Of a stretch of 64,000 nucleotides of DNA, positions 9,754-19,645 are shown piece after piece. Made by a program: the position numbers and the translations under genes. Each line of letters begins with the position of its first letter. Within the stretch, counting starts at the first letter, position 1. The notes beneath the pieces are model-generated. The model had not been told where the DNA came from. It made no database searches and worked only from the letters and a program-made list of their open reading frames with translations. Origin of the DNA: Candidatus Babeliales bacterium (lineage in GTDB: Bacteria > Babelota > Babeliae > Babelales > JANWKD01); NCBI GenBank assembly GCA_963762115.1, contig CAVXJH010000003.1, forward strand, positions 288,001 to 352,000, in the 5' to 3' direction.

Positions 9754-10152
9754 TCAAAGACAAGCTAAACACGCAGCATAAACAATAGACATTACTGCAT
9801 AATTCTTCGATGTACTCGGATTTTGTTTTAATTCTTCATTTAATAGTTGTTGGAATAAATTAAACGTATTTTTTAAAGCATCATCTTTTAAAAATTGAGC
9901 TATATCCGCACCAATCTCTGCTAAAATTTCCTTAGCTTGCGGTGTATTTACAAAATTTGGATCAATAACACATTGATCGGCAAGTGTTTTACAACTTTGC
10001 AAATACTGCTGAAACAATGCAAGCTCGGAACTGGTAAGATTAACTGATGCGCACCAAGCATTAATTTTTGCATAATCAATAATAGGATCACTTGCTTGCA
10101 TTTTCATATGCATAGAAAACACAACGAGTGAAATGTATAATAAACGCTTCAT
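9754..10152 (-). CDS. Hypothetical exported protein
   Basis: AAGGAG RBS before ATG 10152; signal peptide ending MQA. Confidence 0.6.
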   Translation of the reverse strand: MKRLLYISLVVFSMHMKMQASDPIIDYAKINAWCASVNLTSSELALFQQYLQSCKTLADQCVIDPNFVNTPQAKEILAEIGADIAQFLKDDALKNTFNLFQQLLNEELKQNPSTSKNYAVMSIVYAACLACL

Positions 10153-10183
10153 AACAATATTCTCCTTCATTTGAATAACGATT

Positions 10184-11011
10184 CTACCAATTCAAATCTT
10201 TTTCATACCCTAAATCAATTAAAAGCTGCCCTGCAACTTTTTTAAAGGCAACCTTATGTTTTTCCAGAAAATATTCTTTCCAAGAACCTATTTTACCCTC
10301 CCGAAAAGTTAATGTTCCACCAAATAACAAATTAGCAATAACCTTTGCTTCAGATAATGATAAGTTTTTACCAATATGAAAAGCTATATTAATTATCTCG
10401 TTAAGCTGCACTTCATCACTACCACCACCTTTAGCACCTATCAATTTTTCAAAAGAGGTAACATATACATTGGGTTCAAATCGCCAAGGCAAATAAAGAT
10501 TATAAAATGAAGTTATATTTTCTAGATTTTTCCAAGGCTCATCAGACAAAAATATTGTTGACCAAATAGAACTACCACCAGAAATTAATTCATCAATAAG
10601 CTCTTCTATACTCCATTCACTTTCCGAAACTCGTGGTATTGTTTTTATCCAAAAAGCTGCTGAAACAATTTGATCTCGAGGATCCCTATAAATAAATATC
10701 TTTTTTATAGAATCATCTGCTAATTTACTACTATTTTCATTATTATAAATTGCATGTGATAATAATATAAGTCGTTGATTTTTAATAAAACTATTAATTA
10801 TTTCTTCATCTAACAAAAAAAACCGCCTACGACCGGTAACACCAATAAAATCATCCGTAGCAAGTATTAATTTTAACAAAAGATGCGTGCCACATTTTGG
10901 CATTGAAACCAATGCAACATGATTTGAAGTGGTATATGAAAAAAAACATGTATTAATAACTATAAAAAAAGTAGCAATTAATATTTTTTTTAAATTTTTC
11001 ATACATTTCAT
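10184..11011 (-). CDS. PAPS-dependent sulfotransferase family protein
   Basis: 5'-PSB motif SMPKCGTHLL, 3'-PB motif YRDPRDQIVS, C-terminal FREGKIGSWK. Confidence 0.85.
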   Translation of the reverse strand: MKCMKNLKKILIATFFIVINTCFFSYTTSNHVALVSMPKCGTHLLLKLILATDDFIGVTGRRRFFLLDEEIINSFIKNQRLILLSHAIYNNENSSKLADDSIKKIFIYRDPRDQIVSAAFWIKTIPRVSESEWSIEELIDELISGGSSIWSTIFLSDEPWKNLENITSFYNLYLPWRFEPNVYVTSFEKLIGAKGGGSDEVQLNEIINIAFHIGKNLSLSEAKVIANLLFGGTLTFREGKIGSWKEYFLEKHKVAFKKVAGQLLIDLGYEKDLNW

Positions 11012-11046
11012 CTTAGTATATCACCATGCTAAACATTAAAAACTAT

Positions 11047-11072
11047 AGGTAGAAGGCATATGCCTTCTACCT
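11047..11072. repeat. Perfect 26-bp palindrome (probable terminator or RNA-processing hairpin)
   Basis: AGGTAGAAGGCATATGCCTTCTACCT equals its own reverse complement. Confidence 0.8.
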
Positions 11073-11116
11073 CAATCAAAAAAATTATTGCATTATTAAC
11101 ACTATTGCTATTCTTA

Positions 11117-11992
11117 TTAACATGGGCCAATCGGAAATATAGTCTTTAAAACACAGTTACTATTTCCAGCAAGACCATTTAAGTTTGCTAATGGACCCTC
11201 TAAAAAGCTAAGTTCCTGACTAATAGTTACAAGTAAGTCTGTCATAGTAGCACAACAGATAGCAAGCTGACTTCCAGCTAAATTAAAACAACTACCAATA
11301 AGTATCTCCAAATTTATTAATTCATTTAAATAATTATTTAAACCAACATTAATACTAAATCCGTTATACAAAATACTATAAGTACTATTAAAACCAACAC
11401 TTAATACTGAAAAAGTACCATTAAAATCATTTACAATACTATTACAACATGCAGTAAGTGTATTTTTTATATCAAATAATGTTGTAAAGGTACTATTAAA
11501 TCCAACAGTATTAGCGTTACAACAACTTACAACCAATGAATGTACTTTTTCATGTAAAAAATTAGCGACTGCAGACAAATCACAATGCATATTTTCCGCC
11601 CAAGGCTGACCTATATTAATACGCAATGCTTCCGATTGCGCTTTTTCTAGGGCATGTTCTAAATCGGGAAAAGCACTTATGAGATCCTCCGTTAAAAATA
11701 CATTCTTATCATAAATTATGTTTTCATAGCATTGTAATAACCCAGGAGATAACTTATGTACTACACCCTCTTGCAATGCATTTTCAACAACCGCTACTAC
11801 AAACAATTTAAAGTGTTGATCATCAATTACAACAGATAATGGTGCCAGATTTTCTATATATTCATCCTGCGTAATACAACTCACATTCTCTTCCTGTTTA
11901 TTTTGCTCATGAAAAATTTCGCTTGCACCTAAATTCATCACAAAGCTCATATAAAAAATTAAAAACAACCTCAAGCTATTCGTTACCTGCAT
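11117..11992 (-). CDS. Exported Cys-Cys/FNxTF repeat protein, paralog 4 of 4
   Basis: Signal peptide; CDLS, CC pairs, FNGTF repeats, C-terminal FPIGPC. Confidence 0.75.
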   Translation of the reverse strand: MQVTNSLRLFLIFYMSFVMNLGASEIFHEQNKQEENVSCITQDEYIENLAPLSVVIDDQHFKLFVVAVVENALQEGVVHKLSPGLLQCYENIIYDKNVFLTEDLISAFPDLEHALEKAQSEALRINIGQPWAENMHCDLSAVANFLHEKVHSLVVSCCNANTVGFNSTFTTLFDIKNTLTACCNSIVNDFNGTFSVLSVGFNSTYSILYNGFSINVGLNNYLNELINLEILIGSCFNLAGSQLAICCATMTDLLVTISQELSFLEGPLANLNGLAGNSNCVLKTIFPIGPC

Positions 11993-12044
11993 ATCTATAC
12001 TCCTTTTTTTATTATTTTATATCATAAATTTTCATTACCACGAA

Positions 12045-12905
12045 TTAGCAAGTTGTTAAGGGGAAATTAAAATTAAGTATACAATTAGTTTGAGCCTCAA
12101 TATTATGCAACTGACCTACTAATACGGTAGCGTTTGCAACAGAACTTTGAAAAGCACTTAGTATATTCGTAACTTGAGTACAACAGCTCTCGAGATCCGC
12201 TATAAAATTCTCACAAAAACAATTCGTAAAAGTGACTATCGCACTGTTACTATTAATTGCTTCAATTATAGTGAAGGTTCCATTAAAATTTACGTCTAAT
12301 AAAGAAAAAGTACTATTAAACCCAAAGTTTAAGGCCGAAAATGTTCCAGCAAATTCTGTTGCAACAAAGGCACAACAATCAGTTAAAGTATCTTCGAGAT
12401 CACCCAATGCAGTAAATGTCGCATTAAATGCAGCACTGTTGTTAGCACAACATTGAGAAAGCAATTCAAACAATTCTCTTACTAATCTATTAACCTCAGA
12501 GAGATCACATGTAGTTGGACCTACCATGCTTTCCATTAAACTTGGTCGTGGTGCTTTTGTTTCTAAAATAGTTAATCCATACATTAATTCAGGCAATATC
12601 TGCTTAATATGCTCCACCGAAAAGGTATTATCGCCTTGGCATACTTGCTCATAACAAGTAAGAAGATCATTTGAAAGGTTATATAAATAACCTTTTTCTA
12701 TCGCATCTTTTACCAATTCAATAACAAACAATTTGAAATGTGGACTGTCAATTGTTATTTCAATCAAATTACCCTTCTTTACTATCTCAGACTCTATCAC
12801 CAAATCTAATTCACGCAATGATTCGGAAAAAGTTTGCCCTTTCAAAAAAAACACACACGGTATTTGCATTATAAAAAATAGAGTAAAAAAATATTTTATA
12901 TTCAT
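12045..12905 (-). CDS. Exported Cys-Cys/FNxTF repeat protein, paralog 3 of 4
   Basis: Same motifs (KAPRP…VGP..CDLS, CC, FNGTFT, FPLTTC); AAGGAG RBS. Confidence 0.75.
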   Translation of the reverse strand: MNIKYFFTLFFIMQIPCVFFLKGQTFSESLRELDLVIESEIVKKGNLIEITIDSPHFKLFVIELVKDAIEKGYLYNLSNDLLTCYEQVCQGDNTFSVEHIKQILPELMYGLTILETKAPRPSLMESMVGPTTCDLSEVNRLVRELFELLSQCCANNSAAFNATFTALGDLEDTLTDCCAFVATEFAGTFSALNFGFNSTFSLLDVNFNGTFTIIEAINSNSAIVTFTNCFCENFIADLESCCTQVTNILSAFQSSVANATVLVGQLHNIEAQTNCILNFNFPLTTC

Positions 12906-12928
12906 ATTCGTAGCTCCTTAAAAAAGTT

Positions 12929-13801
12929 CTAACAAGGTCCAATAGGAAAGCTTATTCTTGCAATACAATTACTAGCATCAATATATGGGTCTAATCGAAC
13001 TAATACATCATATACATTAGTTTGAAAATTGTTATAAAGAGCACTAGACGTTGCTATAAGCTGAGTACAACAATTATTAAGTTGTGTAGTTAAACTATTA
13101 CAGCAATTATTAATCGCGTTAACAAGGCTATTATTTCGCGTTTCAAGGTTGGTCAATACAGTAAATGTTCCATTAAACTCTAGAGTTAAATCAGGATACA
13201 AACCACTAAAAAAATGATTTATAACGGTAAATGTTCCATTAAATTCATTAGTTATATTGGCACAACATTCAATAATAGTGTTTTTTATATCTTCAATTAA
13301 AGTAAAAGTGGCCTCGAAAGAGACTTCATTCTGACTACAACAACTGAATAATAATGATGATATTTTCTTTATAAGTCTCTCAACCTCACTAAGATCGCAT
13401 GGCAAAGGACCTACAAGAGCATTATTAGAATCTGACATATTGGGACGTGGCGCTTTAAGCGAGATTAGTTTCAACCCAAAAATCAAGTCTGGAAGAGCGT
13501 CCTGCAAATCTTCGAGCTTAAATGTATTATTATGGTGACCAATTTGCTCATAACATTTCAGTAATCCATTAGAGACATTGCGCAATCTGCCGTTTTTCAG
13601 GGCATTTTTTATGAGCTTTTTCACTAATAATTCAAAATGAATATTTTCGATTGTCATATATCGCGCATCATCACATTCAAAAACCGTTATACCATCAACA
13701 TCATCTGACAATGGCCATGATTCTATATTATTCCCTGCATGTAAAAAATGTATACTTATGCAGCCAAATAATACGAACCCTATAATATGCCTTATTTTCA
13801 T
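12929..13801 (-). CDS. Exported Cys-Cys/FNxTF repeat protein, paralog 2 of 4
   Basis: Same motifs; ends FPIGPC. Confidence 0.75.
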   Translation of the reverse strand: MKIRHIIGFVLFGCISIHFLHAGNNIESWPLSDDVDGITVFECDDARYMTIENIHFELLVKKLIKNALKNGRLRNVSNGLLKCYEQIGHHNNTFKLEDLQDALPDLIFGLKLISLKAPRPNMSDSNNALVGPLPCDLSEVERLIKKISSLLFSCCSQNEVSFEATFTLIEDIKNTIIECCANITNEFNGTFTVINHFFSGLYPDLTLEFNGTFTVLTNLETRNNSLVNAINNCCNSLTTQLNNCCTQLIATSSALYNNFQTNVYDVLVRLDPYIDASNCIARISFPIGPC

Positions 13802-13846
13802 AAACTTCCTTTTTCTAAGACGTTACTAAAAATATCAACCCAAAAC

Positions 13847-14740
13847 CTAAAAACAAAACGAAAGTGTTGGACACCCAGTTGTGGGATATGCTATTGCAAG
13901 TATACAATATGATGAACATTCATAATTAAATGCCCTAGTAGCTAAATTTGCAAGAGGACTTATCAGTGGCCCCAGAGTAGCAAGATCATTTATAATGGTA
14001 GTGCAACAATTACCGAGTGAAGTGGCAAGATTATTACAACTACCACCAAGAACGTCAGTAACAATAGTAATTTCAAGGTTAATTGCTTGAGCAAGAGTAA
14101 ACGTAATATCAAATCCGGTCCTAAAAGTAGTATAAGTATTCGTAGACCCTTCAAGCAATACCGAAAAGGTAGCATTAAAATCATTAATAATATTAGCGCA
14201 ACACGCCGTTAAGGTTCCCTTTATATCATATAATGCCGTAAAAGTGCCATTAAAAGCGATTGATGATTCTTGACAACATACAAAGAGCAAGTTGTAAATT
14301 GAATTCAATAGTGCGTTAACGTCTGCAAGATCACAATCTAGAGGCCCAACAATAGGATGAACTTCTCCAGGACGTGGCGCTTTCTCTTGCATTTTTACCA
14401 ATTCAGGCATCAAATCTTCCCATGCTTCTTTCAAATCTTCTGCAGCAAATACACAATCATTTTTACAACTTTGCTCATAACATTTAAGTAAACCATTTGA
14501 AAACGTATGCACTCTTCCTTCCTCTAAAGCATTTTCAACCACAGAAATAATAAAATTTCTAAAGCATGGATTAACAATCTTAACTCCAACATCATAATTA
14601 AATTTTTGCACAACAATATCTTCAATATTAGAATATTGCTTCTCTTCATGCATATTAATTACATCAGAAATTTCTATACCACTAATCAATGATATATGAA
14701 CCACCGAATAAAAAATTATACCCGCAAGATTTCGCATCAC
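13847..14740 (-). CDS. Exported Cys-Cys/FNxTF repeat protein, paralog 1 of 4
   Basis: Same motifs; AAGGAG RBS. Confidence 0.75.
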   Translation of the reverse strand: MMRNLAGIIFYSVVHISLISGIEISDVINMHEEKQYSNIEDIVVQKFNYDVGVKIVNPCFRNFIISVVENALEEGRVHTFSNGLLKCYEQSCKNDCVFAAEDLKEAWEDLMPELVKMQEKAPRPGEVHPIVGPLDCDLADVNALLNSIYNLLFVCCQESSIAFNGTFTALYDIKGTLTACCANIINDFNATFSVLLEGSTNTYTTFRTGFDITFTLAQAINLEITIVTDVLGGSCNNLATSLGNCCTTIINDLATLGPLISPLANLATRAFNYECSSYCILAIAYPTTGCPTLSFCF

Positions 14741-14914
14741 TTACTCCTTTTTTTAAATGATTATTATTTCTTAGTTTAAGATAGTAAGAACTAATAAAAT
14801 TAAACAATAATTTTGTAAGAATATGTAAAAAAAGAGCGAATAACCGGTCCTAGATAACTAAAAAAAATCGTACTAAGCATTATGAAAAATCATCATTAAA
14901 AATTAAAAAAAAGC

Positions 14915-14988
14915 TTGACAAATTCTATTTGCACGATCTGGCTATTTTTAATATAAATTGTTGACTATTTGTAATTTATAGGTATACT
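14915..14988 (+). promoter_or_regulatory. Sigma70-type promoter plus conserved upstream box (copy 1)
   Basis: TTGACT(14961)-16 nt-TATACT(14983); upstream TTGACAAATTCTATTTGCA; near-identical copy at 15979..16053. Confidence 0.7.
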
Positions 14989-15034
14989 GAGAATAAAGAA
15001 AGTTATAAAATACCTAAAAAAAGGGCTAAAACTT

Positions 15035-15892
15035 ATGAAATTTATAAAATTAAACCATATTGCACTGTTAACCATTTTTGTTGGTTCTTATTATTTCTTA
15101 TATTCACTTGGCACAACAAATAAAATTGCCCCTGTTATTCAAATTTCAAACAATGAAGTAATTAAGCCAAATCTTATTGAACGATTACATTTCAATCAAA
15201 TTTTAGAAAGTAACTCAAAGGAAACTATTATCGCTGAACTTGATAAGCAAGAAAACGAAATTTGGCAAAATCTAGAAAAAATTATTCATATTAATAAAGA
15301 AGAATGCAATAGACTAAAATCAAATGAGTGGGCAGAAACTTATTCAAAGACAGAAAAATCCTTAATTATGCAATATGAACACGTAAAAAAACTGTCAGAA
15401 AAGAATTATAACATTGCTTGTGAAGTGTTATCTGATTGTGGAATTAATCCGGAAACTATTACTATTACTTCATGGGATCATCCCTCAGCCGCAGCTGCAA
15501 CAGATAATGCATTATTTATTAATGAAGATATATTTTCTCCGTTATCACTATCAATTAAAAAATTTGCTCTTGCTCATGAAATAACTCATATGATTAAGAA
15601 AGATTATTCAACAAAATATATAATTGAAAAAATAAAAATCACCAATAAAATAGATTCTGATGAGCTAACTCACACACTTGCTTTATTAACACAATTTACC
15701 GAAGCAAGAGCTGATATCATAGCTACTTTGCGCAACTCAGAATATGCTCAAGGCCAAGTTCAGTTCATGATTAATCAATTAGAAACATTGGGAAACCCAG
15801 AATATAAAGAATACCCAACAAATAGTTTACGCCTTGAAATAGGCAAAAAAATTCTTGCTCTCCACACAACAAATCAACCCGTAGTAAGTTAA
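15035..15892 (+). CDS. M48-like zinc metalloprotease, membrane-anchored
   Basis: LAHEITH, EARAD, YP…R motifs; N-terminal TM. Confidence 0.75.
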   Translation: MKFIKLNHIALLTIFVGSYYFLYSLGTTNKIAPVIQISNNEVIKPNLIERLHFNQILESNSKETIIAELDKQENEIWQNLEKIIHINKEECNRLKSNEWAETYSKTEKSLIMQYEHVKKLSEKNYNIACEVLSDCGINPETITITSWDHPSAAAATDNALFINEDIFSPLSLSIKKFALAHEITHMIKKDYSTKYIIEKIKITNKIDSDELTHTLALLTQFTEARADIIATLRNSEYAQGQVQFMINQLETLGNPEYKEYPTNSLRLEIGKKILALHTTNQPVVS

Positions 15893-15900
15893 CATTAAAT

Positions 15901-15936
15901 AAAAGCCTGAATAATAAAAAAACTATTCAGGCTTTT
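15901..15936 (+). terminator. Intrinsic terminator
   Basis: AAAAGCCTGAATA…TATTCAGGCTTTT inverted repeat. Confidence 0.7.
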
Positions 15937-15978
15937 AGCCCTATTATTCTTTTTCCCTATCAAACCTGTAAATATACC

Positions 15979-16053
15979 TTGACAAATTCTATTTGCATGA
16001 TCTAAAAAGCATTTAAAATAAATTATTGACTATTTGTATTTTATGGGTATACT
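15979..16053 (+). promoter_or_regulatory. Sigma70-type promoter plus conserved upstream box (copy 2)
   Basis: TTGACT(16026)-16 nt-TATACT(16048); upstream TTGACAAATTCTATTTGCA. Confidence 0.7.
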
Positions 16054-16100
16054 GAGTATATAAAGTGAGAGAAAAAGTACCTAAAAAGGAGTAAAAACCT

Positions 16101-16940
16101 ATGAATTTTAATAATAAGAATATCATATTAATTATAGCCGCAATCATTGGTATTGTACCTGCCATCATATTTAATACCAAAAACAGAACAACTGCAATAA
16201 CCCCGAATTTGATTGCAACTATTCAACTTGATAAACATATAACAAAAAACGATTATTACACTGACATTTCGCCTAATCAAAACAAAGGTGATAAAGAAGC
16301 GTATCTTGCTTGGTTAAAACAAGAAGAAGAAGCTCTTTGGAAAGACGTAACAACATTAACTAACGTTACCTTTGATGCATGTAAAACATTACGACAAGAA
16401 TTTCAAGAAGCACATGACAAAGAAACAGCAGAATTAAAACAACAATTAAGCCTTGGCAAAGAAGTTGCACCACATATTAGAGAAGTTATTGAAAGTGTTG
16501 TGCGCGATTTAGGATGTCAGCCGCTTGAAATTATTTCATGTGAATATCCTGTTGCCGCTGCAACACATGGCCCCGTTGTTTTTGTTAATGAAGAAATATT
16601 CAATACAATGTCGACTCTCGCACAAAAATTCGTTGTTGCCCATGAAATTATACATATTTTATTGCAAGATGACGAAACGCGCTTTGTATTCAAAAATAAA
16701 GGTTTTTTCACGAATGATTCATCACTCGATTATGCAATGAACAAATTATATCGCTTTCAAGAATTACGTGCCGACATGCTTGCAGCACTCACTAATACTG
16801 ATTATGCTCGCGGTTACAATGAATATGTTCACAATGCGTTATCACGAAGAGACGGCGAAGAAATCACCGAATTATTTTATCCAACCTACGCACTCAGACA
16901 AACAACAAGTGAAAAGATTGAACAGTTATTAGTTGTATAA
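16101..16940 (+). CDS. M48-like zinc metalloprotease
   Basis: VAHEIIH, ELRAD, YP…R; AAGGAG RBS. Confidence 0.75.
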   Translation: MNFNNKNIILIIAAIIGIVPAIIFNTKNRTTAITPNLIATIQLDKHITKNDYYTDISPNQNKGDKEAYLAWLKQEEEALWKDVTTLTNVTFDACKTLRQEFQEAHDKETAELKQQLSLGKEVAPHIREVIESVVRDLGCQPLEIISCEYPVAAATHGPVVFVNEEIFNTMSTLAQKFVVAHEIIHILLQDDETRFVFKNKGFFTNDSSLDYAMNKLYRFQELRADMLAALTNTDYARGYNEYVHNALSRRDGEEITELFYPTYALRQTTSEKIEQLLVV

Positions 16941-16958
16941 AAAACCAAGGATTATCTA

Positions 16959-17804
16959 ATGAAAAAAGTAAATAATAAAAAAATTATTGCCCTATTTATC
17001 ATATTAGCTTGCACGATGCTATTCACTGTTTGCTACAGAGCTCAACAAATTACCAACAACAAAGACAATAGCACAATTCAACCAAATTTAGTTGATCGCT
17101 TTAATTTTTCTGATTTTGTTGATTGCACTTCACCAAAAGAGTACTTAACAATAGTCGATAAAAAAGACAAAAGCATATGGCACGCAATAGAAAGCGCTCT
17201 TGGCATTACACAAGAACAATTTATAGCTATGAAAAATGAAGATGCATGGCAAGAAAAATATAATGCAGTAATGAATGACATGGCATCACATTATGCACAA
17301 GCAAAAGAAATTTCAAAAGAAAACTATCAACTTGCCACAGAAATACTTAGCTTATGCGGCTTGGATAATAAAAATATTAAGATTATTGCTTGGGATGGGC
17401 CAGCTCCGGCAGCTTCAACAGATACTCTTTTGCTCATTAACCAAGAACTTTTTGAGCCGTTATCTCTTGAAATTAAAAAGTTCATTATAGCTCATGAAAG
17501 CAGTCATATAATTAATAAAGATCATTCGACAAGTTGCATGCTTGAAGATTTCAACGAACTTCAAAAAGATAACTCAAAAACTTTATCAAAGGTAATGAAT
17601 GAATGTTCACATTTTTGTGAGGTTAGAGCTGATATCTTTGCTACATCACACGGAATAGAATTTGCACAAGGTCACGTTTTGTTTGCTGAGCATGAATTAA
17701 AATTACTCGGCAACATAGTGCATCCACATTATCCATCAAATGGCGAACGCCTTGAAATTGGCCAAAAATTATTAGCAATGATTAAACAAAACAATAAAGT
17801 ATAA
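16959..17804 (+). CDS. M48-like zinc metalloprotease
   Basis: IAHESSH, EVRAD, HYPSNGERL. Confidence 0.75.
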   Translation: MKKVNNKKIIALFIILACTMLFTVCYRAQQITNNKDNSTIQPNLVDRFNFSDFVDCTSPKEYLTIVDKKDKSIWHAIESALGITQEQFIAMKNEDAWQEKYNAVMNDMASHYAQAKEISKENYQLATEILSLCGLDNKNIKIIAWDGPAPAASTDTLLLINQELFEPLSLEIKKFIIAHESSHIINKDHSTSCMLEDFNELQKDNSKTLSKVMNECSHFCEVRADIFATSHGIEFAQGHVLFAEHELKLLGNIVHPHYPSNGERLEIGQKLLAMIKQNNKV

Positions 17805-17827
17805 AAAATTAAATAAAAGGAAAAACA

Positions 17828-19285
17828 ATGAAAAAGATACTCTTAATAACAATTCTAAGTTTAATGGGAATGACATTTGCTATGGAACAAAAGCAAATTG
17901 GCTTTCGAGTGACTCAATCTCAAAAAAATATAGCTTTATCACAAGCAACAGTAAATAATAATGAGAATTATGTCCTACGATTATTAGCGATAGGCGCAAA
18001 TCCAAATACCATTACAGAACAAAAACTCGGGCCATTATCTTTGGTTGAAATAGCAGTTACACAAGGAAATTGCGGTACTTTGAAAGCATTAATTGAAGCT
18101 GGAGCAAATTTAGAAACAAGAAACCTTGAAGGCCACACACCACTTATTCGTGCAGCATATGCAAATATGACCGAAGTTGCGCAAGAACTTTTAAAAGGCG
18201 GAGCCGATGTTAATGCAAAAAGTTTGAGAAGTCAAAAAACAGCTCTTTATAATGCACATCAAAATAGAAATTATCATTTGATAGAGCTACTCATTGCTTT
18301 TGGCGCAAACCTTGAAGAATTTAATAGAAGCGAACGACAAGAAATTTTCTCTGTTCTTAATACAAAAGGATATACTGATTTACATCCAATGAAATTTTTG
18401 TTTGAAGCAACACAAAATAATCCTACTATTTTGTTAAGAAAAGGTAATGATCTTAAACCAGCTTTGCATTATCTTCTTGAATTATTTTATTCTGATGTTA
18501 ATGATATGCAACAACTTAAAGCTTTCTATGAAAATTTAGAAAATAACACTAGTGAAGTCCTTCAGTCTGCTAAGGGCAGAGTATTTCAATTAATTAATGT
18601 GCAGATTCAAAAAGAATTTAACATTGATAAAAGCGATACTAAAGCGCAAACTCCGTTATATTTCGCATTAGAAAATGCCGATGAACAAATGGTACATCGC
18701 CTACTCCATCGTGGCGTTTACCAACCTATGAAAAATGGAATAACCACCATTTTAGGCCATATGATGGTCCCAGGCGAAAGCTTAGCGAATCCTTTTCATT
18801 ATGTTCTTACACAATTAAAAAATAATTACCAACTCAGAAATCTTTATCCCAATTATGCAGCAAAATATGAAGCTTATCTTTCCATTTTTAAGCTTCTTTT
18901 AAAGTATAATGAAGATCTGGCTCACGTAAAACTTAATTTCGAATTAGGAAGGTCATATGAGACGATGACACCTAAAGAATTTGCAGAAAAATATACTCTA
19001 CATGAAGTTATTAATCTATTACCAGAAAAAAGAGTACCTTCATTAAAGAAATTAACAAGCAAAAAAATAATCTCTAATGTGTTACAAGCAGATGATTTTA
19101 ATGAAAGTAAAAAATATCTATCTAGCTTGTCAACAGACATACTTGCTTTATTATTAGAGGAAATTAATAAACAAACTACATTTTTAAGTTGTAAACATGA
19201 TCAGGAAATATACAAACATCAAGAAAAACTTACTAGCCTCAAAAACGTTATACATACCTTGATGAATTTCAATGTAGCTATTTAG
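17828..19285 (+). CDS. Exported ankyrin-repeat protein with C-terminal SOCS/BC-box-like motif
   Basis: GANPN, GHTPLIRAA, GADVNAK, TALYNA, TPLYFA repeats; RVPSLKKLTSKKI near the C-terminus. Confidence 0.85.
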   Translation: MKKILLITILSLMGMTFAMEQKQIGFRVTQSQKNIALSQATVNNNENYVLRLLAIGANPNTITEQKLGPLSLVEIAVTQGNCGTLKALIEAGANLETRNLEGHTPLIRAAYANMTEVAQELLKGGADVNAKSLRSQKTALYNAHQNRNYHLIELLIAFGANLEEFNRSERQEIFSVLNTKGYTDLHPMKFLFEATQNNPTILLRKGNDLKPALHYLLELFYSDVNDMQQLKAFYENLENNTSEVLQSAKGRVFQLINVQIQKEFNIDKSDTKAQTPLYFALENADEQMVHRLLHRGVYQPMKNGITTILGHMMVPGESLANPFHYVLTQLKNNYQLRNLYPNYAAKYEAYLSIFKLLLKYNEDLAHVKLNFELGRSYETMTPKEFAEKYTLHEVINLLPEKRVPSLKKLTSKKIISNVLQADDFNESKKYLSSLSTDILALLLEEINKQTTFLSCKHDQEIYKHQEKLTSLKNVIHTLMNFNVAI

Positions 19286-19529
19286 TGCGCAGACGATTAA
19301 TATTATCAACAGCTTCTTGCACCGTCTTAATATTTGCCGCTTCATCGTCATTAATTTCGATACCAAAGGTATCTTCAAATTTCATGATGATCTCAAGCAT
19401 ATCAAGAGAATCAGCACCAAGCAGCTCAAAAGATGATTGTGGCGTTATCGATGCTTTATCGATTGCCAAAGTATCAACAATAATTGCTATAACTTTTGCA
19501 TTGGTATCTTGTATATCAAATTGTGTCAT
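19278..19529 (-). CDS. acpP: Acyl carrier protein
   Basis: LGADSLD phosphopantetheine site; 83 aa, acidic. Confidence 0.95.
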   Translation of the reverse strand: MTQFDIQDTNAKVIAIIVDTLAIDKASITPQSSFELLGADSLDMLEIIMKFEDTFGIEINDDEAANIKTVQEAVDNINRLRTK

Positions 19530-19645
19530 AAAAATAACTCCTGCGAAACTAATTTTTTATTTCGAAATTATTAAAAAGGAATATCGTTAGTATACCGCAC
19601 AAAATACGAGTATCCAATATTTATAGAGAAATTTTAGAAATAATA

